From positions 189,038,001-189,102,000 of the forward strand of contig NW_027362763.1 in NCBI RefSeq assembly GCF_046119375.1: 64,000 nucleotides of DNA, given 5' to 3'. A program made the position numbers and the translations under genes. Below the pieces are notes generated by a model, which worked only from the letters and a program-made list of their open reading frames with translations, had not been told where the DNA came from and made no database searches. Of the stretch, positions 51,182 through 63,394 are shown in pieces (position 1 is the first letter of the stretch; every line of letters starts with the position of its first letter). Origin of the DNA: Phyllobates terribilis. Taxonomy: Eukaryota.

Positions 51182-51294
51182 TGTCTCAAAACTGCCTTTA
51201 TGCATTATGTCAATGGGTGGTCGAAAAAGATCTGCCAACGTAGTCAATTTCTTATCAACTGCTCCTCCGTTCCGCAATTCCTGTTCTTGTCGGA
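51182..51294 (-). CDS. UBXN7: UBXN7 exon 5
   Basis: ccacag|TC RQEQELRNGGAVDKKLTTLADLFRPPIDIMHKGSFET|gtaagt; 113 nt. Confidence 0.96.
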
Positions 51295-51865
51295 CTGTGG
51301 AGACCCAGGAAGAGCAGGAAAACAAGAGTTAGTTAGGATTTCATGAAAGGGTTTCCCCATAATTATACAGTATATAACATTTATCTGGCAGATAATGTAA
51401 ACCTTAAAAGGTGTTTTCCCACAAACAAAAGTTAATTTTAATATATTTTGGAATAATAACAACTTCCACAATTGGATGTGTTTCAATAAAATGTTCCTGT
51501 TCTGAGATAATCTTATAAATGTGCCCCTGCTGTGTACTGTGTAATGGCTGTGTCTGACCGTGCAAGAACATGGCCTGATCATACCACAGAGAGTATACAG
51601 ACAGGACAGTATGGGATTGCAGGTGACACTTTCTGTGAGTTAAAACATTGTTTAACTCCCTTCACATCCAAGCCATTTTCTTTTTTTCCTCTCGTTTTTT
51701 TTTTTCTTCCCTTCTTCCAAGACCCATAACTTTTTTATTTTTCCATCAATATAGCAGTGTGAGGGCTTGCTCTTTGTGGGACGAGTTAAACTTTTGAAGG
51801 AAACCATTGATTTTACCAAATATTGTACTGGAAATGGCTGAAATTGCAAAAAACACCAAGGTTAC

Positions 51866-52727
51866 TGTAGCATCGGCGTCTCTGCCCCCCTCTCACCTCC
51901 CCGCGCGGCGTCCTCCTGCGCTCCTCTTCCTGCTGCTGCTGCCGGCGCGTGCAGCTTCCCAGGTACTGTGCTTAGGGCGCGCGCTCCCTCTCTCTTAAAG
52001 GGGCCGCGCGCGCTGTCCTAAGGAGTCCCCGGCCAATAGCCGAGGGTCCTCCCATATATAAGGCACCTTCTCCAAAATGGAGGTGCCTGGGCAAAGTTGA
52101 TGCACAGCATACTTACCTCTGCTTCAGCCCTCAGGTCCAGTTGCCAGCCTGACTACTGTTCCAGTCCGCCAGTCTGACTACTCTCCAGCCCGACAGTCTG
52201 CCTTCCGTTCAACGCGCCAGTCTGTCTATGGGCCAGTCCGCCTGCTTACCAGGAAGTACCCGCCAGTTACCTGCCTGCTACCTGCCGTGCCTGCTAGCCC
52301 GCTCACCTGGGAGCACTTGCCTGTTGCCCGCCTGTTACCTGCCGTGCCTGCCAGCCCGCTCACCTGGGAGCACTTTCCTGTGACCTGCCTGTTACCTGCC
52401 GTCACTTGCCGTGACCACCTGCAGTCCACCTGGAGACTCCTGCCATCACTTGCCGTGACCACCTGTCTACTATCCAGAGACTGCTGCCTGCCTGTTGTGT
52501 CCATGCGCTATACCGGTCAGTCCCAGTCTGCTGACCCGTGGGAGCCACCTGCTCTCTTACAAGGTCGTCCCCAGAGTAGCACCTGGTCCCTCTGCTCGGT
52601 CCCTCCCTGGTCACGGAGTCGTTAGCCGCCGTACGACCAGGGTCGGTCTGAGTTGATACTTAGTTACGGCCCTCTGGGTCCCTCCTTGCATCGCGGCACA
52701 GAGGTTCCACCAACCGGATCCGTAACA
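51866..52727. mobile_element. Solo LTR (TG...CA) inserted in the DIRS 3' terminus
   Basis: TGTAG...GTAACA flanked by a perfect 5-bp TSD GTTAC (51861-51865, 52728-52732); TATA-like CATATATAAGG at ~52053; internal short tandem repeats. Confidence 0.8.
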
Positions 52728-53095
52728 GTTACTTACCGGTAGCCGGTTTTTCCTGAACCCATGACAGCACACCTTGAGAGAGGGATCCGCCCCATCAAGG
52801 ACAGGAAACCGTCTGAAATAAAAGGGCGATACCTCCCCCTCGCTTCAGTTGTTTACAGAGCATTGAGAGAACCTCCCAAAAAAGTTAGACATATAACCAA
52901 CACCTAAAATATATACAACACCCAAAACAGTGCACACCAGGGTGTGAGAAAACGAAAATAGGGGAGTGGGGGGGGGGGGGGACTACAGGTTCTGTCATGG
53001 GTTCAGGAAAAACCGGCTTCAGGTAAGTAACCTCGGTGTTTTCTCCTCACCCATGACAGTACACCTTGAGAGAATTTTGGAGAATTATGAGCACC

Positions 53096-54180
53096 CTAGG
53101 GAGGGACCACCGCCTGAAGTGCCCTTCTCCCAAAGGTGAGGTCAGAGGAGGACAGATCCAACCGATAGTGTTTATAGAAGGTGGATGGTGTAGACCAAGT
53201 AGCAGCTCTACATATATGATTGATTGAGATGTCTGCCCTCTCCGCCCAGGAGGTTGCGACGGCTCTGGTGGAATGAGCCTTGACATTGTCCGGGGCCGGA
53301 ACTCCTGTGGACGTATATGCTAAACAAATGGCCTCCCTAAGCCACCTAGAAATTGTACCCTTGGACACCCCGTGACCTTTCCTATTCCCCTGAAAGGCCA
53401 GGAACAAGGAATGGTCCTTCCTCCATACACTAGTCATGTTAATGTACTGTAGTAGGGATCTTCTAACATCTAGGTTATGGAACCTAACTTCCCCTGGGTT
53501 TTTTGGATTGCTGCAAAATAAGGGTAGTACAATCTCCTGGTTACAGTGAAATCTAGATACCACCTTGGGAAAGTATGCTGGATCTGGTCGCAAGGTGACC
53601 CTATCATCATAAATTTGTGTGTAGGGAGGACCAACCGAAAGGGCCTGCAGGTCACCCACCCTACGAGCAAATGTTAAGGCCACTAAGAGGATGATCTTAA
53701 GGGTGAGGATCTTTGGAGAGACATCCTGTAGGGGCTCGAACGGGTCACTGGTAAGTGCATTCAAGACCAAATTCAGGTCCTAGGAAGGAATTCTAAGGGG
53801 ACCGAACCGGTCTGGCTCTGGCACAGGACTTGATAAATAGACCCACCTATTCTCAGCCAAGTAACAATTATAGAGTGCCCCCAAGGCCGACACCAGAACT
53901 TTAAGAGTCCCTCTGGCTAAACCCAGGTCACGCCTCTTTTGCAGAAACTCCAGGATTCCCTTGATTGGAGGCTTGTCTGATAACGGGGCATCAATAAATT
54001 CTAGAAATTTCCTCCAGACTCGGTTATAAATTTTAGTCGTTATTGGTTTCCTACTACCCAGCAAGGTAGAGACTAACCCTGGTGAAAACCCCTTATTACT
54101 TAGTAGTGACCTCTCAAATTCCACGCCGCAAGGTGGAAACCTCTGGCTTGGGTGTGGAATACTGGTCCCTGAATGAGAAG
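53096..54180 (-). pseudogene. DIRS tyrosine recombinase (frameshifted)
   Basis: FARRVGD (catalytic R), HSTR, ATWS..TFYKHY in ORF 53096-53770; N-terminal part in ORF 53780-54313. Confidence 0.9.
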
Positions 54181-54255
54181 GTCCGGCCTCTCTGGTAGAA
54201 CCCAGGGATCTGAAATCGACATTAGTCGAAGCAGGGAGAACCAAGGCCTCTTGGG

Positions 54256-54495
54256 TAGTGTTGAGCGAGTATTTTCTGTTAACCCTTTCGCCGAGTACGC
54301 TCGGGCCGAGCACCGAGTATTTACAGTTGCTCTGTGATATGCTTGAATCACTCCCGTGTGCATGATTTGCGACTGTTTGACAGTTTTATTACATGAGAGG
54401 AATGTCTATTTCTTATACATTCCTCACATGTAATAAAGCTGCCAAACAGTTGCAAATCATGCACACGGGAGCGATTTAACCGAGCAGCTATAAAT
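54256..54495. mobile_element. Truncated hAT MITE inside the DIRS methyltransferase region
   Basis: Starts TAGTGTTGAGCG (same terminus as 13183); 131-bp hairpin at 54346-54476; right TIR absent. Confidence 0.7.
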
Positions 54496-55921
54496 ACTTC
54501 TGTTGGAAGACCCCCAGGTTTAAGCTCCATTCCCCCAGTCTTAGGGTGTGGCGGCTGAGAAAATCTGCCCTTACGTTTTCTACCCGCCTTATGTGAAGGG
54601 CACTGAGGGATGGGAGGTGTTGCTCTGCCAGATGAAGGATTCTGTCTGCCACAGCCATCAGGGAGCGTGACGTTGTTCCCCCCTGGTGATTTACATAGGC
54701 TACTGATGTCAGGTTGTAGGACCTGACCTGGACGTGGTGACCCTGAATGTGGGGAAGGAAGCCTATCAGGGATTTCTCCACTGCCCAAAGTTCTTTTAAG
54801 TTTGAGGATGCCCCCATCTCGTGGTAGGTCCAGTGACCCTGTACTGAGAGCTCTGCTAGATGAACCCCCTCATCCGGAGCTGCTCGCATCGGTCGTAATC
54901 ACCCGATCTACTGGTCTGGACCACTGCACGCCTGAGGTCATTTTTCCCCTGTCTGTCCACCATGAAAGGGAATCTACAGCTTCTGGGCAGAGAGAAAACT
55001 TGCTTTCTAAATGCCCATTGAAGGACCTCTGCGCTGACAGGACCTCCCACTGAAGAAGTCTCATATGCCCCTGAGCCCATTTGACTGCTGGGAGACAGGC
55101 CGTCAGAGCCCAGGAGGGACATTGCCTCTCTTAGGGATATCACCGGAGACCGCATAGCTTTCAAGACTAAATTGATAATTTTGCGTACCTTGTCTCCTGG
55201 GAGGAAGCATGCTTGAAGACGAGAATCCAGGATTAGACCTAGGAAGATCTGAGTCCTTGAGGGTGTTAGTTTTGACTTTTGGAAATTTACCAACCACCCT
55301 AGCTGATGCAACACCGCTGTGACGTCTAGAAGATGACTGGAGCATTGGATTTCTGATTTCCCTATTGCCAAAAAGTCGTCTAAATGGGGAACGATCACTA
55401 CGCTCTTGATTTGTAGAAAGGCTGTTGTTACTTCCGCTATTAATTTTGTGAATATTCTCGGGGCTATGGAGAGGCCGAAGGGTAGGGCAGTAAACTGAAA
55501 ATGTCTCAGCTCTTTCTGAATGAACAGGGCTACTCTCAGATACTTCTGGTAGTCTGGATGAATTGGGACGTGATAATATGCGTCCTTCAAGTCTATTACT
55601 GCCATAAAGCAATTGTGGTGCAAGAGCTTCACTGCCGAGCTCACTGACTCCATCTTGAAGGTCTGGTTTTCTATCAACTGGTTTAGACTCCTGAGGTTGA
55701 TGATGGTCCTTAAGGACCCGTTGTTTTTTTCTATCATGAACAGAGGGGAATAGAATCCCTTCCCCCTTTGTGGTATCGAAACTTCGAGAAGGACCAGTTT
55801 CTACTAGCCCCAATATTTCCGACTCCAGGGCTATTTGTTCTTCCTGGACCTTTCTATTGGGGGTAATCATAAAGGTCCCGCGAGGAATGTGGCTGAACCA
55901 TATTTTCAGGCCACCACTCAC
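54488..55921 (-). pseudogene. DIRS reverse transcriptase / RNase H (disrupted)
   Basis: INLRSLN, FKMES, IDLKDAYYHVPI, LPFGLSIAPRIFTK, HLDD (usually YLDD), ITTDASS, SNLKEL, VAYVNHQGGT, ADFLSR. Confidence 0.92.
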
Positions 55922-55988
55922 AATATTCAGAATCCAGGGGTTTGATGTAATGGCTTTCCAGCTGGAAGAAAGTGGGAAAGACTCCCCC

Positions 55989-57494
55989 CTACCTCCGGCC
56001 TGGCATCATTGGGAAGACCTTTTTTGTATTTGAGGACGGTCCTCCAAACATATAGCCTGACTCCCTCTTGGTTTTGGACTCCCATCTTCTTCTGTTTCCC
56101 GGAGGGCGACCCAGATTAAATTTTCTCCTCCGAAAACTAAACCTTTTTGAGTCCCCGGAAAATCCTGGGAACCCTTTGTTCCTATTGCCCGCTTTTTCTA
56201 AAAGGTCATCCAGCTTCTGGCCAAACAGGAGTCTGCCGTCACAAGGGAGGGAACATAATTTATGTTTGGATTGTAGGTCGCCTGGACAACCCTTGAGCCA
56301 CAAGGCCCGTCTGGCAACATTAGATAGACTAGCTGATCTAGCCGAAAGCCTGACAGAGTCCGCTGAAGAGTCTGCCAGGAAGGCCGATGCTGCCTGGATT
56401 AGGGGTAGATTGGAAAGGATTCTATCCCTAGGGATCTTTTTATCTCTAAGTTGGTCTTCCAATTGTTGGAGACACACCATTAGAGATCTCGCCACACAGG
56501 TGCAAGCTACCGCCGGCTTCAGGCCTCCTGCTGCAGCTTCCCAAGTGTGACGCAGCCTTTTTATCCAGGGCATCCTTTAGGACGCCTGAATCCTCCAAGG
56601 GTAGGGAAGATTTTTTGGATGACCTGGCTACAGTCTCGTCAACTTTAGGGATTTTATCCCAAGGCTCAGGGTCCTTCTCTTCAAAGCAGTACCTTCTTTT
56701 AGAGAAGGAGGGTAAGGCTCCTGATCTCTCTGGTTTCTTCCCCTCTCGGTCAATGAGGCCCTGAATTTTAGTGTTTACTGGGAAGGAGCGTCTCTTTTTT
56801 TCTCCAAGGCCCGCAAACATAACGTCTTCCCGGGATTTGGATGCTTTCTCCTCCCCCAGACCCATGGTTGATCTGACTGCTCTAACCAGTCTGTCTGCAC
56901 TCTCAATGGGGAAGCAGGGTCTACCGTTATCCGATGAGGAAGAGGATGATGAATCACTCAGCCATAGATCCTCGGACTGGGAGGAATCAGAGTTGGAGGA
57001 GACATCTCTATGGGATTTTTTCTTCCCTCTAAACAACCCTTTCAGGGATCCCTGAACCTCTGCGTGGACTATGGATTTCAAATTAGATGAGAAATCCAGA
57101 GAATTTTCTGCTATAGTTTTAGCAATGCAGTTCAGGCAAAGCGGCTTTTGCCAGTCTATGGGAAGGGAAGTTTGGCATAGGGCACAAATCCTGTGCTTTT
57201 GCTTGGCGCTACTCTTCCTAGGCTCCTAAAAAAGGAAGCACATAAGAGACTTCCCATTACTAAAAGGTGACATTGACGAAGATCACTCACCCCTGAAGTC
57301 ACAAACAGGTACCGGATTCAGAGGCTGTAGCGGAACCGATGATTCCTTTCTGGATGGTCCAGAGGTGTTTGAGACCTTGCTCCTGCGACTGCGATTGCTC
57401 GAGTGGCTGTCCGTGTAATAGGCGTCCGTTCGTAGCTGAGTGGGGGGGGGGGGGGTCGGTTTAGCTGCTGCTCTTGGCTATCCTGGTCAGCCAT
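55989..57494 (-). pseudogene. DIRS ORF1 (gag-like), apparently two exons
   Basis: ATG at 57494 (MADQDSQEQ..), candidate intron 57226-57290, then CxxC..CxxC (ICALC..LCLNC), a Ser-rich linker and the ARRALWLK..FG..LD region typical of vertebrate DIRS ORF1; frameshifts present. Confidence 0.75.
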
Positions 57495-57639
57495 GTTTCA
57501 GAAGCGTTCCACGCTCCCAGGATAACCCCCCCCCCCCCAATATAGGGCCATTCAGAACCTCCTCCGGTTCAAGGGCCCTCACCCTCTTCCAAGGCTGGGG
57601 CTTCAAACAGAAAAAACAGGCCTGGAGCGCTTCACAGGG

Positions 57640-57730
57640 CGCCATCTTGGAACGGGCGCCGCCCCCTGACGTCACGCCTTCTCCCAGCGTGCCCCGCGCC
57701 GTGACGTCAGGCGCGTCATACCCGGAAGTT
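57640..57730 (-). promoter_or_regulatory. CpG-rich promoter-like motif cluster in the DIRS 5' region
   Basis: YY1-like GCCATCTTGG (57641-57650), two palindromic CRE TGACGTCA (57667-57674, 57702-57709) and ETS CCGGAAGT (57722-57729). Confidence 0.5.
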
Positions 57731-59755
57731 GCCGCTCCGGAGCGCGATCGACAGGAGCGGCAGGGGGAGGGTGTCGCAGCGGTCTACGGGAGGCCGAGGC
57801 CTGCCTCACCGCGTGTGCCTGCTCGGACGCAGGACCCCAGGAGAGCTGCGGACGGCGCTTCTAGACGCTGGAATCCGGTGCACAGGTCAGTGCCCGCTCT
57901 TCCACACTGGAACAGACCCAGGTAAGCTTTGCATCTTCTTTCCAGACAGGTTCCCATCAAGGACAGGAAACCAACTGAAGTGAGGGAGAGGTACCGCCCT
58001 TTTATTTCAGACGGTTTCCTGTCCTTGATGGGGCGGATCCTTCTCTCAAGGTGTGCTGTCATGGGTGAGGGGGAAAAAAAGTGCAATTCCACAATAGTTT
58101 TTTTTGCTGACCATGTTCACTATATAGTAAAACTGACCTGATAGGATTCCCCAGGTCACTACGAGTACACAGATACCAAACCTGTATAGTTCATTTTTTA
58201 TTTAAGTGGCGAAAAAATCCGAAATTTGTACCAATAAAAGTTTTTGCGTTTGTCACAATTTTCCAAGACTTGTAGCGCTTCCATTTTTCGGGATCTGGGG
58301 CAGGGTGGGTGCTTATTTTTTGTGCTGCGAGCTGACGTTTTCATCGATACCATTTAGGGTTAGATATGATGTTTTGATCGCTTTTTACTGCAATGTTGAG
58401 ATGGACAAAACGTAATTCTTGTGTTTCGATTCTTTTTTCTTGTTGTTACACCATTTACAGATTAATTTACTTTATATTTTGATAGACAGGGCATTGCAAA
58501 GATAATAAACATGTGTATTTTTTTCAATGGGCCAAAAGGGGGCTGATTTGAACTTGCGTTTTTTATTTTATTTTTTTCACTTTTTACTTTAAATAGTCTC
58601 CTTAGGAGACTTGGAGCTACGATTGTCTAATCGCTTGAGTTACACTGGAGCACTGCTATGTATTGCAAAAATCACGATCTCCTGTGAATGCCGGCCACGA
58701 GTCGGCGTTCACAGGAGATTCACAGTGACAGTGACGGGCACGGGGGGGGGGGGTTCCTCTGCAGATCCCCGGCTGTCATGATAACCCATCGGCGCCTCCT
58801 GATCACACAACAGGGGCGCCGATGGGCAGGATTTGTAATGAGCTTTCCGGCTGGGTTAAATCTCGCTGTCAGAGATTGACAGTGGAATTTAACTGGTTAA
58901 AAGCCGCGGGTTGAGCTGTTAAGTAAGGGGAGACATGCAGGCTCATCGCTGGAGCCTGGGGACATGACATATCATGTAAATATATGTTGTGAAGGGGTTA
59001 AAAACAGTCAGGAAAATGCTTTACCTCAAAGAATCAGCTGTGATCCCCTGCTGTCCTGTCTGTATACTCTTTTTCTCCTCCCCTGCCCAGGAGCTGTGGT
59101 ATGATCAGACCATGTTCCTGTACGGTCAGACACAGCCATTACACAGTACACAGCAGGGGCACATTTATAAGATTAAAAAAAATATTCTTGTGCTAAAATA
59201 ATCTTTTTTAAACACATCCAAATGTGGAACTTATTTTTATTCCAAGATCTATTGATTAAAATCTACCTTGTTTATTGTAAAACCCCTGTAGATTTCACAT
59301 AATAAAATGCTTGTGTGTCCAGACATTACAGACATGTTTGTCATGGCACCCCTGATGTACTTCGGATTCCCTCTCAGAAAATTCAGCTTATGAGTTCTCT
59401 TCTGATAAAAATCAGTAAGCATATGTAGTGTGACACGCTACATGGCCACCATACACTACAACATAAAAATGCCAAGATCTTCAGGGGCGACAATAGCAAA
59501 TATTTCTGTAGGTGCGACAGTCCCCACACTACCATATAAAATGGACTTGTGCCGTTCAGCAGTCATAGTATAGAAGCTTTACTGAGCAGATCTGTCAGCA
59601 CACAGAGAGCCAGCATGTAATCAGCTTTCTAATCCCATTATCAGATCTTTCTCCACTTGGAGTCATTTAGATAACGGGTGCACACTCTGGATTTGATGCT
59701 TATGCCGTGATCAAATACAATCAAACATTTATCGGACTATTATACGGACACTTAC

Positions 59756-59821
59756 TGGTTTCCGTCTGGAAATCTCGGAATCCATCAAATATTGACCGGG
59801 CTGGTCTTCGTCTTTTGGGAG
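59756..59821 (-). CDS. UBXN7: UBXN7 exon 4
   Basis: attatag|CT PKRRRPARSIFDGFRDFQTET A|gtaagt; 66 nt. Confidence 0.96.
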
Positions 59822-60117
59822 CTATAATAGATAAACAATTGTATTAATTGTATTGAACAGTTCAATAGGAAAAGAAAAGTATTAACCCTCTTCCCGGCCA
59901 GGCAATTTTGCGTTTTGCTGCCTTTGTTTAATCCTCCCCTTCTTCCAAAAGCCATAACCTTTTTTGTCTGTTCATATAACCGTATGAAGCTTGTTTGTTG
60001 CGGGACGAGTTGTAGTTTTTAATCAGACCATTCAATGCACTGGAAAATTGGAAAAAAATTCCAAGTGCGTTGAAATTACAAAATAAAAAAAGGCAATTCT
60101 CTTTTGGGGTTTGTATT

Positions 60118-61666
60118 TACAAATAACACATCCAAGATCTGAATGAATGAAATATTCTCATTGAATACTTTGTTCTGTACAAAGTTGAATGTGCTGACAA
60201 CAAAAACAAAAATCATCAATGGAAATCAAATTTATTAACCAATGGAGGCCTGGATTTGGAGTCACTCCCAAAATTAAAGTGGAAAAACACACTACAGGCT
60301 GATCCAACTTTGATGTAATGTCCTTAAAACAAGTCAAAATGAGGTTCAGTATTGTGTGTGGCCTCCACGTGCCTGTATGACCTCCCTACAATGCCTGGGC
60401 ATGCTCCTGATGAGGTTGCGGATGGTCTCCTGTGGGATCTCCTCCCAGACCTGGACTAAACCACCCGCCAACTCCTGGACAGTCTGTGGTGCAACGTGAC
60501 GTTGGTGGATGGAGAGAGACATGATGTCCCAGATGTGCTCAATCGGATTCAGGTCTGGGGAACGGGAGGGCCAGTCCATAGCTTCAATGCCTTAATTGCC
60601 TTCATCTTGCAGGAACTGCTGACACACTCCAGCCACATGAGGTCTGGCATTGTCCTGTATTAGGAGGAACCCAGGGCCAACCGCACAAGCATATGGTCTC
60701 ACAAGGGGTCTGAGGATCTCATCTCGGTACCTAATGGCAGTCAGGCTACCTCTGGCGAGCACATGGAGGGCTGTGCGGCCCTCCAAAGAAATGCCAACCC
60801 ACACCATTACTGACCCACTGCCAAAACGGTCATGCTGAAGGATGTTGCAGGCAGATCGCTCTAAACATCATCTCCAGACTCTGTCGCATCTGTCACATGT
60901 GCTCAGTGTGAACCTGCTTTCATCTGTGAAGAGCACAGGGCGCCAGTGGCGACTTTGCCAATCCTGGTGTTCTGTGGCAAATGCCAAGCGTCCTGCACGG
61001 TGTTGGGCTGTGAGCACAACCCCCATCTGTGGACGTCGGGCCCTCATACCACCCTCATGGAGTCGGTTTCTAACCGTTTGTGCAGACACATGCACATTTG
61101 TGGCCTGCTGGAGGTCATTTTGCAGGGCTCTGGCAGTGCTCCTCCTTGCACAAAGGCGGAGGTAGAGGTCCTGCTGCTGGGTTGTTGCCCACCTACGGCC
61201 CTCTCCACGTCTCCTGGTGTACTGGCCTGTCTCCTGGTAGCGTCTCCAGCCTCTGGACACCAAGCTGACAGACACAGCAAACCTTCTTGCCACAGCTCGC
61301 ATTGATGTGCCATCCTGGATGAGCTGCACTACCTGAGAAACTTCTGTGGGTTGTAGAGTCCGTCTCATGCCACCATGAGTGTGAAAGCACAACCAACATT
61401 CAAAAGTGACAAAAACATCAGCCAGAAAGCATTGGTACTGAGATGTGGTCTGTGGTCCCCACCTGCAGAACCACTCTTTTATTGAGGGTGTCTTGATAAT
61501 TGCCAATAATTTCCATCTATTGTCTATTCCATTTGCACAACAGCATGTGAAATTGATTGTCAATCAGTGTTGCTTCCTAAGTGGACAGTTTGATTTCACA
61601 GAAGTTTGATTTACTTGGGAGTTATATTCTGTTGTTTAAGTGTTCCCTTTATTTTTTTGAGCAGTG
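60118..61666 (-). mobile_element. Degenerate Tc1 (copy F)
   Basis: TIR ...GTGTTCCCTTTATTTTTTTGAGCAGTG|TA at 61666; ATG ~61368; FTDESRF, QDNARPH and SPDLNPIE spread over three frames; left TIR eroded. Confidence 0.88.
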
Positions 61667-62058
61667 TATATACAGGACTACTTCATTCATAAGACTTTAC
61701 CCAAGGCCCTCCCTAAAAGGAACAGATGGCAAGATTGGGAAGAAATTATCCCCCAAGGGAAATGTTTGCACTCCCTCCTGCTGAAATCAATTTCATTGAT
61801 TATGACAAGTAACAAAACAACTGAGACAAGCATGAGAATTAACAAAATACCTTTATAATTTTTTTTCTTTCTACGATGGAATACTAAGAGTGACATATCC
61901 CTCTCGTATGATCACACAGTGGCAGAGGATGGAGCCTTGTGTCAAACATGATGTGAACAGCGTCTACTCTAAGCTGCTCTCATTAGTACACATTGTATGA
62001 GCTGAGTAAACACATCTGTGACACTTCCCAGGCAACAAGAAACACCCAAACCTCTTAC

Positions 62059-62123
62059 CGCCAAACATTTCTGGCTCTACAAGGATTTCTTGCTTCTGTG
62101 GTATAGGGGCTCGAACATCATCT
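62059..62123 (-). CDS. UBXN7: UBXN7 exon 3
   Basis: gtttcag|A DDVRAPIPQKQEILVEPEMFG G|gtaaga; 65 nt. Confidence 0.95.
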
Positions 62124-62925
62124 CTGAAACAAAAGAGAGTACATCACATATCAGTACAGTAAAATAAGTACACAGTACAGAGAACTGTATTCCTATGGAG
62201 TGAGCACCACAAAAACACAACAGTAACAGAAGAGGAAAAAACATCTTCCAATGATGGTTCCCCATCAGAGAGAATCACCTAGCAGCTGTAAGGAAGGCAA
62301 GTCGGAAACCTCTGCCATCTCAGGGCTGTAAATAAAACCTTATGGGGGTGGCATAGGACGAGAAGCTGTGCCCGTGTCATTAGCAGCCAGTATAAGCTGG
62401 ATCTCGCATCCAGCCTATTTAACACCCTTAGATACCACTTCAGGATAGACAGACGGTGGAGGGGGCATCATCCAAATCAACCAGGGCAGTTTTCTGCCAT
62501 CCTCTCCATCAAACAAATCTGGAAGGAATCTACACAGTTCATTGTTGGCACCTAATGATAATATTCTCTTCAGAGTGCTGCCGTGGAGCATTGCTTCTCC
62601 TACTCTGGGAGAGGAGGATTTTAGTTTATGAGGATTACAGTTAAATTCTCAAGATTCCCAGGTTTATTATTTGTATATACAATGTGTAGTTTACAGCTTT
62701 AGAATTTGGGTTACAGCTCCGCTAGAAAGGTCGTGCAGTCACCAGCAAATCCTTTTCCATTACAGCAGCAGAGATACCAGTCAGGCAGTGTATTTGGGGC
62801 ATTTAAGACCCAGGCATGGGGCGTCTTTTCTCTAGAACACATGGTTGTGCACATATCCTTAGTAACCCTGCATATTTCTAGGATCAAAGCCTCTCCCCCC
62901 ATCCAAAAGAATATTGGGCACTTAC

Positions 62926-63073
62926 TCTACAGCAGGATGAGCTGTGGACGCTCCTGCAGAACTGGTGCTGGGCTCCTCTGCTATACCACCTCCGTCCAGG
63001 AACATAGTGACTGCCATTTCTAGATTCTGACTGCATGCTTCTAACATGTGTTTGCCAACGCTTTCACTGGCAC
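62926..63073 (-). CDS. UBXN7: UBXN7 exon 2 (UBA-like domain)
   Basis: tatatag|GT ASESVGKHMLEACSQNLEMAVTMFLDGGGIAEEPSTSSAGASTAHPAV GA|gtaagt; 148 nt. Confidence 0.96.
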
Positions 63074-63394
63074 CTATATAAAAAAAACAAAAACAGAAAT
63101 ATAGATTTCATTCAGCGATGTGTTGTACTCATCAGTGTCATTATTCTGCAGCTATAGTGAGGATGTAAAAAGAAAAAAACAACTTTCAGTTGTTGTTTTA
63201 AAGGAGCTGTCCAGTGGGGACTTCATGCAACTGCTGCAGTCAGTCAGCGGCCGCAGCAGTGAACAGTGGGCCAACACTGTGGCCAATGATCATATGTCCG
63301 TATAACCTGAACTGAATGAAGACCATAGAGCGGATACAAGAACAGTTAATTTTTTTTTTTTTTTTTTTTTAAAGTTGCCACTAGGTTAAGGGAG

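Larger units (their letters stand above)
51854..58073 (-). mobile_element. DIRS1-type tyrosine-recombinase retrotransposon, near full length, degenerate
   Basis: Inverted terminal repeats 52758-52851 and 57972-58065. Internal complementary region 52992-53072 matches both termini. gag, RT, RNase H, partial MT and YR are in the expected order; no TSD. Confidence 0.95.
51656..58997. mobile_element. Non-autonomous piggyBac-like element split by DIRS
   Basis: TTAA|CTCCCTTCACATC ... GTTGTGAAGGGG|TTAA; the body rejoins across an A-run (AAATTGCAAAAA/AAAAGTGCAAT), as in the uninterrupted relative at ~48465. Confidence 0.75.
51408..59287. mobile_element. Palindromic Kolobok-like MITE split by nested insertions
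   Basis: Left arm 51408-51640 is the reverse complement of the right arm 59050-59287 (e.g. ATAAATGTGCCCCTGCTGTGTACTGTGTAATGGCTGTGTCTGACC). Confidence 0.7.

Noticed and set aside
53096-53770. Phage/prophage integrase
   Set aside because: Flanked by RT/RNase H, ITRs and ICR, so it is the DIRS tyrosine recombinase.
55989-57081. LAP2alpha-like host gene
   Set aside because: Position within the ITR-bounded element identifies it as DIRS ORF1.
59882-60070. Separate complete piggyBac element
   Set aside because: Only a left-end fragment (TTAACCCTCTT..) cut by the Tc1; no right end found.
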